A stretch of 64,000 nucleotides of DNA, taken from positions 53,878,001-53,942,000 of the forward strand of contig NC_043006.1 of NCBI RefSeq assembly GCF_006345805.1, read 5' to 3'. Positions 1 to 12,500 of this stretch are shown here, piece by piece. The stretch is from Octopus sinensis (lineage: Eukaryota). Numbering within the stretch: position 1 is the first letter of the stretch; the number at the start of each line of letters is the position of its first letter. A program made the translations under genes and the position numbers. A model generated the notes under the pieces. That model worked only from the letters and a program-made list of their open reading frames with translations, had not been told where the DNA came from and did no database searches.

Positions 1-879
1 ACACACACACACACACAACACACACACACACACGCACGCACGTTAGCTTACAATTTTATTTATATATTTGCGTGTCTATGTGTGGAAAGAGGAAGTGGGA
101 GGCAGAGTGAAAGAATCACTCACTACAGTAAGGGAATTACTTTCATTTTATTCGTTGCCCACTGTGTGTGTGCGTTTGCGTGTGGTGTAAACCAGACTAA
201 GAAAAGCATTTGACACACACACCAGAATGTGAGTTTTCTGTTTTCTGTAAATTTTGCTTAATTGGAGTTTAATTTTAAAAACTGGACCTGGCATGACGCG
301 ATGCATTGTACTCTTAAAAATGGTAGGTAAATTGTAATTGAAGAAATCCTATATTGTAGATTTGTATAACTCCCAAAGGGAGGCAGATAAAATCTGCCTT
401 TTATAATAAGAGATATACATCCTTGAAATAAGATCAAATTGATATAACGATGTGCATATTATTTACGCTGTACCTAAAAACGTTGAATGTACAGATGGTC
501 AAGGTGATGTGTAGTGTGACCGTCTAATAACGACTCTTATCAGAAGGCTGAAATAATACATATGATGTGCCAATTGGAAAAGAGGGATACACAACAGCGT
601 AGAATGCTTATGAAAAATTTATTGATATATTTATATGTATCTGTGTGGGTTGTATGTTAGCTGTTAACCATGGTGAAGTAGTTCATGAACAGTGCTATGT
701 TAGAGCCTGTGCAGTGTTGCCGATGCTGTGTACGTAGCGATGTTGTTGACGACGTTGGTGAGGAACATAATGGTGACGACGAAGATGGAGGTCGCTGTAA
801 TGCTGTTGGACGGGTGTTATCTGGCGTTGTCGCTGGAACTGGTTGTGTCGTGTGGTCAGGGGCTAGACCTTAGAAGGTC

Positions 880-1010
880 TGAAACCAAAGACTTTGAGAC
901 AAGAAGTAGCTGGGTTTTTATAGGTAACAGTAGGCTGAAAATGGGGTTTAGAACAGACTGTCTCCCGTGATTTATTTGGAGGCTGCGATTGGTTAGGTTG
1001 CATATTGGCG
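880..1010 (-). promoter_or_regulatory. CCAAT-CCAAT-TATA promoter-like module (minus strand)
   Basis: ATTGG at 988-992 and 1004-1008 (CCAAT on minus); TATAAAAA on minus at 922-915; CpG-rich sequence downstream (685-875). No ORF or family assigned. Confidence 0.3.
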
Positions 1011-1208
1011 CGATAAAGTAAGAGTCAAATTGCGCTAGTACCAACCAGTCAGAGTGGTGGACACAACGAGGTTCAAATAGCGGTCAAAGGTTATCTGCTA
1101 CGTTCAGATGTATGTATATATAATAAGGGGAGTCATTTCACTAGAATATACGCTTCAACTGGTTCAAGCTGTCATAATCTATCTCAGAAAAACTTCTCTT
1201 GCAAGACT

Positions 1209-1430
1209 TTAACCCTGTAGCATTTGAACCGGTCATATTCAACCAAAATATTCAGCCTGTTTATTTTAAACCAACCATATCCTTCTTCTCACATCTACCC
1301 TACAATGTCATTCTAAAAATAAAATAGTTACTTCATCAAAATCTTGAAACTACAAGATAATTCGGGATTAATTCAAAACAATTTGAATAAATATCACATT
1401 TGACAGAATAATTTGAATGCTAAAGGTTAG
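1209..1430. mobile_element. piggyBac-like MITE
   Basis: TTAA-CCCTGTAGCATT...AATGCTAAAGG-TTAG: short TIRs with TTAA-type flanks; a decayed relative lies at 24122-24305. Confidence 0.6.
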
Positions 1431-1574
1431 GACACAAAATCTTTTAAGAGGAGTTTCCTTGGGACAAAATGAATCAGGTAGTACCGTCCTACATATGTAT
1501 ATATGTCATAAATTATATGCGCTTCGTTATATTAGTTTTAATATTTCATTTTCTATAAAATATACTGATATACA

Positions 1575-1960
1575 GGCACATACATGGCCGTGTGGTTAAG
1601 AAGCTTGCCTTGCAACCACATGGCTTCCGGTTCGATTCCACTGCATAGCAAGTGTCTCACAATATCTTGTGAGTTAATTTGGTAGACAGAAACAGTATGG
1701 AAGTCCATCGTAGACAGACAGACAGACAGATGTGATGTATATTTCTGGTTGCATTTGACCCTCCACGTCATTTAACAACCGGTGCTGGTTGTTTACGTCC
1801 CTGTAATATATAAGTGCAGTATAAGAGATCGATAGAACAAGTAACAAACTTGAAAAGTAAACAAAGATAAGTACTCAGATCAATTTGTTCGATTAAAACC
1901 CTTCAAGTCATACTCCAGTATGGCCACAGACTAGTGACTGAAACAAGTGAAATGTAAAAG
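1575..1960 (+). mobile_element. SINE-A, diverged
   Basis: tRNA-like head GGCCGTGTGGTTAAG/GGTTCGATTCC and tail CCAGTATGGCCACAG...GACTGAAACAAG shared with many copies in the window. Confidence 0.75.
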
Positions 1961-2439
1961 ATATGAATAAATTTTGATAAAAACAATCTAAAAATATAAC
2001 GAAACTTCATTACGTTAAGACGCTTTTTTCTTATTTAGTTCTTTTTTTTTTTCTTTTTTCTTCCTCTTAACCAGAATTAATAGGAAAATTTGTATAACCT
2101 CATACCATATATCAAATGCATCCCCTTATTTCTGTCTCGATTTTTTATGAAAAATAACAAAGTGATGTTTTATGATATCGATTTCGAAAAAATAAAATTA
2201 TCAAATTTGTAAACATTGAAGAAATTAGAGTGATCTCCCTTAGAGCTAAATCGGTCGCTAAAATCTCCGGTTTATATTTTAGTTTCTTTCCAGTTATAAA
2301 TGGAAATTGAATTACTTTCTTTTTCGTTTTCTTTTCTCTTTCTTTTCTCTCATTACTTTTTCGTTTGAAAGTTCAGCTCAGGTTTCATTTGTAAATAGAA
2401 CAATAACCCATGCGATACACACACATTCTTTTTTATTAT

Positions 2440-2640
2440 CTTTTTTATGTGTTTCAGTCATAAGACTGTGGCCATGCTGGGGCGCCGCCTCGAGGAATAT
2501 TTAGTCGAATAAATTGACCCCAGAACTAACTTTTTTTTTTCCTAAGCCGGATACTTATCCTATCGGAGTTTTTTGCCGAATCACTAAGTTTTGGGGATGT
2601 AAACACTCCAATGCCGATTGTCAGGCGATGGCGGGGGACA
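2440..2640 (-). mobile_element. SINE-A 3' part
   Basis: Reverse complement of SINE-A tail (GTTTCAGTCAT...GGCCATGCTGG). Confidence 0.7.
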
Positions 2641-2780
2641 AACATTTTCCGTACCTAAGTACTCACCTGTACCTAGGTAAGCGTAATTTTAGTCCTTCAA
2701 AGCAAGATATTTAATAACTGAGAGTGCCCAGTAGGTCGATAAGTACTTGGTACTTTAATTGATATCTGTATGAATTAGAC

Positions 2781-3138
2781 CAGTGGTTCTCAACTGGGAT
2801 CCATATAATATTTTAGGGACTCCTAGTAAAATAGTACATTGGGGATCCACAGTAGTATTTTAAGGGTCCATGAGAAGGTTTCATTTATTGGGGGATCTGC
2901 AGTAGTATTTTAAGGTCCAGGAAAAGTTTTTATTTAAATGTACGTATTGCAAGAAACAGCTAGATTTATTTCTCTAACATTTTACATAGTTCAACCTATA
3001 CAAGTGAATAAGTGAATTACAAAATAGGAATTTTGAAAGAGGTATCTATAAAATTAGTTTTTAAACATCGAATGGCTGTGGGGTCCACCAGAGTGAAATG
3101 GTAAACAAAGGGGTCCATAGGTGAAAAATGGTTGAGAA
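2781..3138. mobile_element. hAT (Charlie-type) MITE
   Basis: Starts CAGTGGTTCTCAAC, ends GGTTGAGAA (right TIR clipped); internal GGGGATCC/GGGGTCC subterminal repeats. Confidence 0.6.
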
Positions 3139-3319
3139 AGTAGCTTCAAATACGATTTTGCAATGGCCATCAATGTAGGGTAAATGCTTGCTGATGAGAA
3201 TATAATGATTTTCTTATCAGCAACCGGTCATATAGTCAATCCTTCCTTTCCTGCCCGCGGTGAGGTTGAATAAACATGAGAGACGTTTACAACTGTCTTA
3301 TGTCTTTATTTATTATTAA

Positions 3320-3545
3320 TGCAGCAAGGCGACGAGGTTGCAGAAATGTTTCCGCACCGGACAAAATGCTTAGCGGCATTTCTCCCGACTCTTTTTATGT
3401 TCTGAGCTCAAATTTCACCCAGGTAAACTTTGCTTTTCATCATTTCGAGGTCAATAAAATAAGTACCAGTTGCGTACTGGGGTCGATCTAATCGACTGGC
3501 CCCCTCTCCCAAAATTTCGGGCTTTGTGCCTAGAGTAGAAAAGAA
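3320..3545 (+). mobile_element. SINE-B
   Basis: GCAGAAATGTT...CTGAGCTCAAAT...TTTCATCATTTCGAGGTC...AAGTACCAGT...GCCTAGAGTAGAAAAG matches the other SINE-B copies. Confidence 0.8.
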
Positions 3546-3960
3546 GAGATTAAGTACTGGTCAAGTACTGATTCGATGTAATCGAATAACTTCCTTCCCT
3601 GAAATATTGATCTTCTGCCAACTTTTGAAATCATTAATGCAGTAACGTTTGAATTATATGGATACATTCCACAGTAAAGTTTATTATGAATAATAAACGC
3701 GGCTGGTACATCTATAATTTAGACATACATAGACATATGTATATACTTCGTTTTAATACATAATGTTAAAATGAAGTTATCTTTTTAAAGCTAATTTTAA
3801 AATAACAACTGAACACTTATTGCTTCGTAGGAATTCAATACTGACAGTAGAGACAAGTGATTGAAAATATTGAAAGCTTGTGTTGACTGTGGCCTTACGT
3901 TATGTCTATCGGTTTACTGTTCTGCTTCAATAAGCTGAAGTCCTCTCAACACGAACTTTA

Positions 3961-4036
3961 TATGTGTGTGTGTGAGTGTGGGTGTGTGTGTGTGTGTGAG
4001 TGTGGGTGTGTGTGTGTGTGTGTGTTTGGGTGTGTG

Positions 4037-4104
<68 letters not shown>

Positions 4105-4129
4105 TGATGGATGGATGGATGGATGGATG

Positions 4130-4187
<58 letters not shown>

Positions 4188-4241
4188 CAGGCAGACAGAC
4201 AGATGATGGATGGATGGATGGATGGATAGATAGATAGATAG

Positions 4242-4320
<79 letters not shown>

Positions 4321-4706
4321 CTGAGAGAAGAGAGAGAGAGAGTTGAAAAGAGGTTAAGAATCCATACAAGTCAAATGTTAATGGTAAAAAGTAAAGGTGG
4401 AAACAGCACGTATGATTAAAGATTGTGTATATCCATTTTATCAAACATTAAAAATTCAAGATGAAGGATTAAGAAATGAGAAAATATTGGAAATTTAAAC
4501 AGTTTGTTCTCATATCCTGTATGTAGTTAAGAATATGCTTGATATTTCTTCTTAAAACCTCTTATATATGTTATCTATGTAGGGGTCTGGAATGGGGTTC
4601 AAAGCATCAATTAATTTTAAAATTCTATCGAATTGAAAAGCAGTATGTATCGTCCGGCTCTTCGTCGGTTACAACTGGATTACGAATCTACAATATACAT
4701 ACATAC

Positions 4707-4762
<56 letters not shown>

Positions 4763-4984
4763 AACACACAGAAACACATATAAACCAGGATGCGTTGCGT
4801 TCCATTACTTAACAGGTGAAAAAATGTCTCTTTTCATTTGTGCATTTACTACACATTTTTCCCGCGCGTGCGAGTGTGTGTATGTGTGTGTGTGTGTTTG
4901 CGTGCGCGTGTATGTGTGTGTGAGTGTGCATATATATATATATATGCACACACACGCACATATATGTATATGTATGTATGTGTG

Positions 4985-5033
<49 letters not shown>

Positions 5034-5034
5034 G

Positions 5035-5070
<36 letters not shown>

Positions 5071-5130
5071 AGTGTGGGTGTGTGTGTGTGTGAGTGTGGG
5101 TGTGTGTGTGTGTGTGTGTTTGGGTGTGTG

Positions 5131-5198
<68 letters not shown>

Positions 5199-5223
5199 TG
5201 ATGGATGGATGGATGGATGGATG

Positions 5224-5277
<54 letters not shown>

Positions 5278-5318
5278 CAGGCAGACAGACAGATGATGGA
5301 TGGATGGATGGATGGATG

Positions 5319-5408
<90 letters not shown>

Positions 5409-5783
5409 CTGAGAGAAAGAGAGAGAGAGAGTTGAAAAGAGGTTAAGAATCCATACAAGTCAAATGTTAATGGTAAAAAGTAAAGGTGGAAACAGCACGT
5501 ATGATTAAAGATTGTGTATATCCATTTTATCAAACATTAAAAATTCAAGATGAAGGATTAAGAAATGAGAAAATATTGGAAATTTAAACAGTTTGTTCTC
5601 ATATCCTGTATGTAGTTAAGAATATGCTTGATATTTCTTCTTAAAACCTCTTATATATGTTATCTATGTAGGGGTCTGGAATGGGGTTCAAAGCATCAAT
5701 TAATTTTAAAATTCTATCGAATTGAAAAGCAGTATGTATCGTCCGGCTCTTCGTCGGTTACAACTGGATTACGAATCTACAAT

Positions 5784-5869
<86 letters not shown>

Positions 5870-6091
5870 AACACACAGAAACACATATAAACCAGGATGC
5901 GTTGCGTTCCATTACTTAACAGGTGAAAAAATGTCTCTTTTCATTTGTGCATTTACTACACATTTTTCCCGCGCGTGCGAGTGTGTGTATGTGTGTGTGT
6001 GTGTTTGCGTGCGCGTGTATGTGTGTGTGAGTGTGCATATATATATATATATGCACACACACGCACATATATGTATATGTATGTATGTGTG

Positions 6092-6140
<49 letters not shown>

Positions 6141-6141
6141 G

Positions 6142-6176
<35 letters not shown>
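3961..6176. repeat. Near-identical ~1.09 kb tandem duplication rich in compound microsatellites
   Basis: GATATTTCTTCTTAAAACC... at 4541 and 5630; unique blocks 4320-4700 vs 5408-5790 and 4760-4920 vs 5866-6030 appear identical outside repeat-length differences. Confidence 0.9.
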
Positions 6177-6177
<1 letters not shown>

Positions 6178-6481
6178 GAGGCGCAATGGCCTAGTGGTTA
6201 GGGCAGCGGACTTGCGGTCGCAGGATCGCGGTTTCGATTCCCAGACCGGGCGTTATGTGTGTTTATTGAGCGAAAACACCTAAAAGCTCCACGAGGCTCC
6301 GGCAGGGGGTGGTGATCCCTGCTGTACTCTTTCACCACTCTTTCTCCCACTCTTTCTTCTGTTGGCCTGCTCGCTTAGCCAGCGGGGTGGCGTCATTCGA
6401 AGGCTAAAACAATGCGAACGCATTGTGACCAGCGATGTGTAACAACATCTGATGGTCTGGTCGGTCACGTGATCACGTGAT
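6177..6481 (+). mobile_element. SINE-C, full length
   Basis: tRNA-like A box (TGGCCTAGTGG) and B box (GGTTTCGATTCCC); tail ...GTCACGTGATCACGTGA; antisense copies at 27493 and 40525. Confidence 0.85.
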
Positions 6482-6522
<41 letters not shown>

Positions 6523-6580
6523 CAAATTGACAGTCGATAGACTGTTATAGAGAATGCTTCTACTGTTGCTCCATGAGTTG

Positions 6581-6623
<43 letters not shown>

Positions 6624-6917
6624 CAACAATAATAATAAGATACCAAATTAAGATGGTAGAATGGGGGAACTGTAAGAACGTCGGATTGAAAACTGTGAGG
6701 CAGTTGTTCGAGCTCCTTAGAGTCTGAGTTCAAATATCACCATGGCCATCTTAGATGGCAGATTTAACCCTGTCACTTAGTTTAACATCCCTTCCTAGCT
6801 CCCTTGGTGCCTTTAGCGGAGTCCAATTTGTTGCAAATATTTGGGCTCGCCTCCCAACTATCTCAGCGGTTTTATAACTGCTTTCCCTCCTGACTGAAAG
6901 AGGGGAAGAAGGAAAAA

Positions 6918-6962
6918 CGGCCAGGCAGCCAACCGGCCAGGCAGCCAACCGGCCAGGCAGCC
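6918..6962. repeat. 16-bp GC-rich minisatellite x~2.8
   Basis: CGGCCAGGCAGCCAAC repeated at 6918, 6934 and 6950. Confidence 0.75.
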
Positions 6963-7249
6963 AGCCAGTCATCCGTCATCCGAGAGCTGGTAAGACGTAC
7001 TATGCTTTCGCTAATTGTACCTACATGCTTTCAAGTGCAGTTTTACAGCTCATCATAGGCATTGTGTTGTTGGGGCAGTTACTGAATATCAAAGACCATT
7101 GTTCCCATCCTTTTTTTGACGCAGCCACATAACCAGGATGTGAAAGTTAGAGAGAGTGATGGCGGGAACTGAGAGAAGTGCACCAGCACTCCGCTGGTAC
7201 TCATATTCAGCTGAGTCAAACAACCTCGCCACTAAGTCACACACATTCA

Positions 7250-7337
7250 CTACATACATACATACATACATACATGCACACACACATACAGACACATACA
7301 TACATACATACATGCATACATGCACTCATACATACAT

Positions 7338-7368
<31 letters not shown>

Positions 7369-7400
7369 TACATACATACATACATACATACATACATACA

Positions 7401-7430
<30 letters not shown>
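7250..7430. repeat. (CATA)n/(CA)n microsatellite
   Basis: Direct reading; source of spurious HTYI-rich ORFs. Confidence 0.95.
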
Positions 7431-7431
<1 letters not shown>

Positions 7432-7514
7432 GAACATGTCTAGATATGCAACTATATGCATGAGAATACATAGATAAAACATATAAATCTGCACATACAT
7501 TGTATAAGTGTATA

Positions 7515-7725
7515 TGTTTATGTGTCTGTGTTTGTCCCCCAACATCGCTTGACAACCGATGCTGGTGTGTTTACGTTCCCGTTAACTTAGCGGTTCGGCA
7601 AGAGAAACCGATTGAATAAGTACTAGGCTTACAAAGAATAAGTCCTGGGGTCAATTTGCTCGACTAAAGGCGATGCTCCAGCATGGCCACAGTCAAATGG
7701 CTGAAACAAGTAAAAGAGTAAAGAG
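7515..7725 (+). mobile_element. SINE-A 3' half
   Basis: TTTGTCCCCCAACATCGCTTGACAACCGATGCTGG...GGCTGAAACAAGTAAAAGAG. Confidence 0.85.
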
Positions 7726-8054
7726 TAGGACCCACTGGCTATAAATTAAGAACTGAAAGTGGTTTCTGCACCTATAGCTTAATGAACAACTCAGACGGAA
7801 TCTACTTCATCACTTCTGCCATCTCTTCGATCAGTTCATAGTAAATATGCATAGAAAGATGGAGTGAGGACGCCTTCACTTCGTCAGAGTAAATGAAAAA
7901 TGGGAGTCGAAAAATATATTCATTTAAGAATACATTAAATGATGAATCCAGTGAATGTTGGTCAACTTGCTATCATTTTTCACAGGAAAGCTAAGGTACA
8001 TGTACAAATATACTCTGGGTACTATAACGTATGGCATAAATTTTGGTCGGCCGA

Positions 8055-8650
8055 ATGCGGTGAGTTGGCAGAAACGTTAGCGTGCCGGGCGAAATGCTTA
8101 GCGGTATTTCGTCTGCCGCTTCGTTCTGAGTTCAAATTCCGCTGAGGTTGACTTTGCCTTTCATCATTTCGGGGTCGATTAAATAAGTACCAGTTACGCA
8201 CTGGGGTCGATATAATTGATTTAATCCCTTTGTCTGTCCTTGTTTGTCCCCTCTGTGTTTAGCCCCTTGTGGGTAGTAAAGAAATAGGTATTTAGTCTGC
8301 CGCTACGTTCTGAGTTCAAATTCCGCCGAGGTCGACTTTGCCTTTCATCTTTTCGGGGTCGATTAAATAAGTACCAGTTACGCACTGAGGTCGATATAAT
8401 CGACTTAATCCGTTTGTGTGTCCTTGTTTTTCCCCTCTGTGTTTAGCCCCTTCAGGGCAGTAAAGAAATATGAAACGTTAGCATGCCGGGCGAAATGCTC
8501 AGCGGTATTTCGTCTGTCTTTACGTTAAGGTCGACTTTGCCTTTCATGCTTTCGGGGTCGATAAATTAAGTACCAGTCCCATAGTGAGGTCGCTTAATCG
8601 ACTGGCCCCCTCCCCCACAATTTCGGGCCTTGTGCTTAGAATAGGAAAGA
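8055..8650 (+). mobile_element. SINE-B trimer
   Basis: Three consecutive SINE-B units; the first two end ...GTAAAGAAATA, the third ends ...GGCCTTGTGCTTAGAATAGGAAAG; same layout at 58923-59528. Confidence 0.85.
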
Positions 8651-9793
8651 AATTTTGGTCACCCGTCTTGATCAATTACTGACCATCACATGTAATTTAA
8701 AATTAACTAAAAATAGAAGCTGGCTGTTTCAAGCCCAACAACTTCATCATCGACACAGTATTTTTGTAAGGATTTTCCCCTCATAAGATTATTAAATCAA
8801 AAGAACTGTTATTGAAACGATCACTCTTCGGAAATTTTTTTTTGCTTCAGGTACTCAAAAGAATTGCAGAAATGAAGCTTATTCATAATCGTTTCTCGCT
8901 ATAGTTGGAATAAAAGATACGCGAAACTGAAATTAATTATACTCTCTCGGCTGAAGCACCAGCTTAAAGGCTTTATAAGATTGTGAAGAAGAGGGGTCTG
9001 TGTCCGTTTCTGATTGAGATGCAAGCTGGCTACGGCGGATACCCACTGTATACATGGACACCTGGCGAAGAAAGATTCACGGCGACAATCGAACAAATGT
9101 TACTATTGGAATACCGTATTTGCCTGCGTATAGGACGCACTCTCACAAAGACAAACCCTAACTTTTTTCTTTTTGTGTGTATGTGTGTGGTGGAGATATA
9201 TTTTGTGGAAAAGCAAATTTAATGTTTCTCGCCATACACTAATACACTTGATATCCCATCCGTTATACGGTTGCATTAGTTGATTGACAATCTTTTGTTA
9301 CATTTAAGAAAAATAAAGCGCGTCTTATACACTGGCATATACTGTAGATAATCACGGAAGAGTCTTGTATTCGTTGCTGCTTTCAAAGATTTTCAAAATG
9401 GTGATCATTGTTCCATATTACAGTTGAGACAAATCGAATAATTATGTTTGCAAATACAACAAAGAAAGTAATCAAGCCGTTTTTTGGGGGGGGGGGTTTT
9501 CCACTTCAAAATCCAGACTCAAACCAGTCAGGCATGTAGACCACCTTTATTATTGAAGGAGTGAAATGGATTCTGAAATTTCTTATCGATTACGTTGCAA
9601 TCAGCAAAATGAGAGCTTAAAGAGGAATTTGTGGCGCAGCTACTACTGTCCACCAAGACTATTCTCAGCCCACTCCCTTCTGTGTTTTATAGTTCTCACA
9701 GCCTTAACAGAAGAACTTAAGACCAAACACACCACGTGATTTATCTGGGGGAAACACAGTAACAAGCGAACGAATCACCACCTCTGCACTTGA

Positions 9794-9838
<45 letters not shown>

Positions 9839-9979
9839 TGTGTGTGTGTCTGGTGTGTGTGTGTGTGTGTGTGTGTGTGAGTGTGTGTGTGTGTGTGCAC
9901 TCATACATATACCCTTTCATTTTTATTTTATTTTATTTTGCTTTGGGTAAGGGGCCACGCTCATCGTGTTTGCAGGCCC

Positions 9980-10410
9980 TTTAAGGCTGGTAAGAATAAG
10001 TTCAATATCTTTATGCTTAATAAAGTACAAATTGCTGATTGCAGGACAAACAATAGGCAGAGACAATCGATGTTCAGTGGAGAAAGGATTGGTTGGAGAA
10101 GTTCAGTGCGAGACTTGTGATGGTGGTGGTAATGGTGTAGGAGGATGCTATATGAGTGACATTGGGAGCGGGGACCAAAAGGTCAGGAGTGTCTGGGAGG
10201 CAGTGGCTCGATACCAGCCGGCACCAAGGTGCAGAGGGCGTTGCAGTAGCAGTGAGAAAGGTAGAGGACACACAGCAAGCATGTCACCCAAAGGTTGCGT
10301 ATGTTGGCAAGGGACTTCATTCCGATCGGTCGTCTGATCTTTGGGAGGACCAAATTCTACAATGTTTGTGTCGTAGCACTGGGGTCAGTGGTGGTAGCTT
10401 TGTACAGTGT
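9980..10410 (-). mobile_element. CR1/L2-group LINE ORF2 3' remnant
   Basis: Minus translation LYLSHCYCNALCT...KSRTELLQPILSPL resembles the FYRYYNGLCS...RT..Y..SF.PRT C-terminus of CR1-group ORF2; heavily decayed. Confidence 0.45.
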
Positions 10411-10639
10411 TAAATATTCATAAACTCACACATGCACACAAATAGCTATATTATTGATTCTGTTATTATCATTTTTAAATTGTTACCCTAGATAATAATA
10501 GAGTCAATGATATCTTCGCAAATCATTTTCTCGTGAATGATTTGCTCCGTATTAAAATTGTGTGTGTGTGTGTGAGTGTGTGAGTGTGCACGCACACGCA
10601 CGCACATATACACATCACCGATTTCCACCACATACATTA

Positions 10640-11300
10640 GACGTGGCTGTGTGGTCCGAAGCTTGTTTCCCAGTCATATGGTTCCGGGTTCAATCCTACT
10701 GCGTGGCACCTTTGCCAAGGGTCTGCTACTACAGCCTCGGGCTGACCAAAGCCTTGTGAGTGGATCTGGGCGACGGAAACAGAAAGAAGCCCGTGTTTGC
10801 GTTTGTCCCCACCAACGCTTGACAACAGGTGTTAGTGTTTTTACGTCCCCGTAACTAAGCGGTTTCAGCAAAACAGAAAGATAAAATAAGTACAAGGCCT
10901 GAAAAAAAAAGGTACTATTTAAGAAGAGTGGTCCCGGTGCGCGCACTCGCGTACTCGCGCATCCGCGGTAGCTAGTCGTGACTAGTCGATCCTTACTTTG
11001 TGTTATTGTGTTTTATTTACTTTGTTTAAAAAAAAAATTTACTTTGTGCAAAAATGTTATTTATTTTGTGTTTTATTTACTTTGCTAGGTAATAGCAAAG
11101 ATCGACTAGTCACGACTAGTAGGATCGACTAGTCACGACTAGCTAATGCGGATGCGTGAGTACGCGAGTGCGCGCACCGGGACCACTCTTCTTAAATAGT
11201 ACCAAAAAAAAACCAAGTCCTGGAGTTGATTTGTTCGACTAAAACCCTTCAGTGTGGTGCCCCAGCATGGCCGCAGTAAAATGACTGAAACAAGCGAAAG
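10640..11300 (+). mobile_element. SINE-A interrupted by a MITE
   Basis: Head at 10643 (GTGGCTGTGTGG); body resumes after 11212 (AAGTCCTGGAGTTGATTTG...GACTGAAACAAG). Confidence 0.85.
10911..11203. mobile_element. Mutator-like MITE with 83-bp TIRs and 9-bp A-tract TSD
   Basis: TIR 10911-10993 vs 11121-11203, 3 mismatches; A9 at 10902-10910 and 11204-11212; AT-rich core. Confidence 0.85.
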
Positions 11301-11324
11301 AGAAAATATATAAATAGGTATCAA

Positions 11325-11505
11325 ATTTTGGTACAAGCCCAGCAGTTTTGGCGAGGACTTAAGTCGATTGACTGGTACATATTTTATCGACCCAGAAAGG
11401 ACGAAAGGCAAAATTGACCTCGGCGGTAATTTGAACTCAGAGCACAAAGACGGACGAAACGTCGCTAATTATTTTGCCCTGCATGCTAACTGTTCTGCCA
11501 GCTCG
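11325..11505 (-). mobile_element. SINE-B
   Basis: ACTGGTACATATTTTATCGACCCAGAAAGGACGAAAGGC...TTTGAACTCAG is the reverse complement of SINE-B. Confidence 0.8.
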
Positions 11506-11591
11506 CCGCCTAGTATGCATATGCACATTTACAAATTTAATTACACGTACACACACAAATACATGCACACACTCACACTAAAATACTTAGG

Positions 11592-11945
11592 CGCAGGGGT
11601 GGCTGTGTGGTGCCGGGTTCAGTCCCACTGCGTGGCGCCTTGGGCGAGTGTCTTCTACTATAAGCCTCGGGCCGACCAAAGCCTTGTGAGTGGATTTGGT
11701 AGACGGAAACTGAAAGAAGCCCGTCGTATATATGTGTATGTATATGTGTGTGTGTTTGTCCCCCCCCCATCGCTTAACAACCGATGCTGGTGTGTTTGTA
11801 TCCCCGTAACTTAGCGGCTCGGCAAAGACACCGATAGAATAAGTACAAGGCTTATAAAGAATAAGTCCTGGGGTCGATTTGCTCGACTAAAGGTGATGCT
11901 CCAGCATGGCCGCAGTCAAATGACTGAAACAAGTAAAAGAATAAT
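11592..11945 (+). mobile_element. SINE-A, near full length
   Basis: GCAGGGGTGGCTGTGTGG...CCAGCATGGCCGCAGTCAAATGACTGAAACAAGTAAAAGA. Confidence 0.9.
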
Positions 11946-12354
11946 AAATCAATGCGCGTGCACACACACACACACACACCCCCGCAATTGTATACATAAT
12001 CGAACACATAGACACACGAATGCGTGCGCACGCACACTCATACATACACACAAACTTACGAATACTTATAAACATGCATATATATATATATATACATTGT
12101 AAACAAAAATAGACACACACACACACACACACGTACATACATAAACATGCGTATGTGTAGATACACGTAAACTTCCACACAAACACATACATACATACTA
12201 ACACACATGGACAAACATACATGCATGTATATAGACGCATAAACAACGTACACAGACATACATAAACAAGCACACACGTCCAGTAGAGAGAAAAAACGAC
12301 AATAACATTTCTGACAAAAGATTTCAATTCATAAAATACAGCTTACCTCGATCT

Positions 12355-12500
12355 CTTCACCGATTGGTCAACTGCTTAATTTAAGCTCCGCCTATCAAGG
12401 CGGGTCTTTCCACAAATATATGTTTCTGTCGGCGTGAAACTCGTAGTATTTTCATGTTTAACGTGTACCGCCAGTTGCTTGCTTCAAAGCCGGCTGTTTT
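12355..12500 (+). promoter_or_regulatory. Probable promoter of the bHLH-Zip gene
   Basis: Non-repetitive CpG-rich patch 300-450 bp upstream of ATG 12802 with ATTGG (12363-12367), CTCCGCCT (12386-12393) and AGGCGGGT (12398-12405). Confidence 0.5.

Noticed and set aside
381-415. 8-bp hairpin AGGCAGAT-AAA-ATCTGCCT as a Helitron end
   Set aside because: No CTRR terminus or second diagnostic end within the window; family cannot be supported.
6177-6260. tRNA genes at SINE heads (also 11592, 31795, 39390)
   Set aside because: A/B boxes run directly into SINE bodies with no acceptor stem closure; they are tRNA-derived SINE heads.
6466-6481. Tandem CACGTG E-boxes as autoregulatory sites (also 27494)
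   Set aside because: They are the standard tail of multicopy SINE-C, so their presence near the gene is uninformative.
3914-7555. Many 60-240 aa ORFs rich in YI/CV/HT/SIYL (also at 41-42, 44-45, 55 and 60 kb)
   Set aside because: Translations of di-, tri- and tetranucleotide microsatellites; no real coding complexity.
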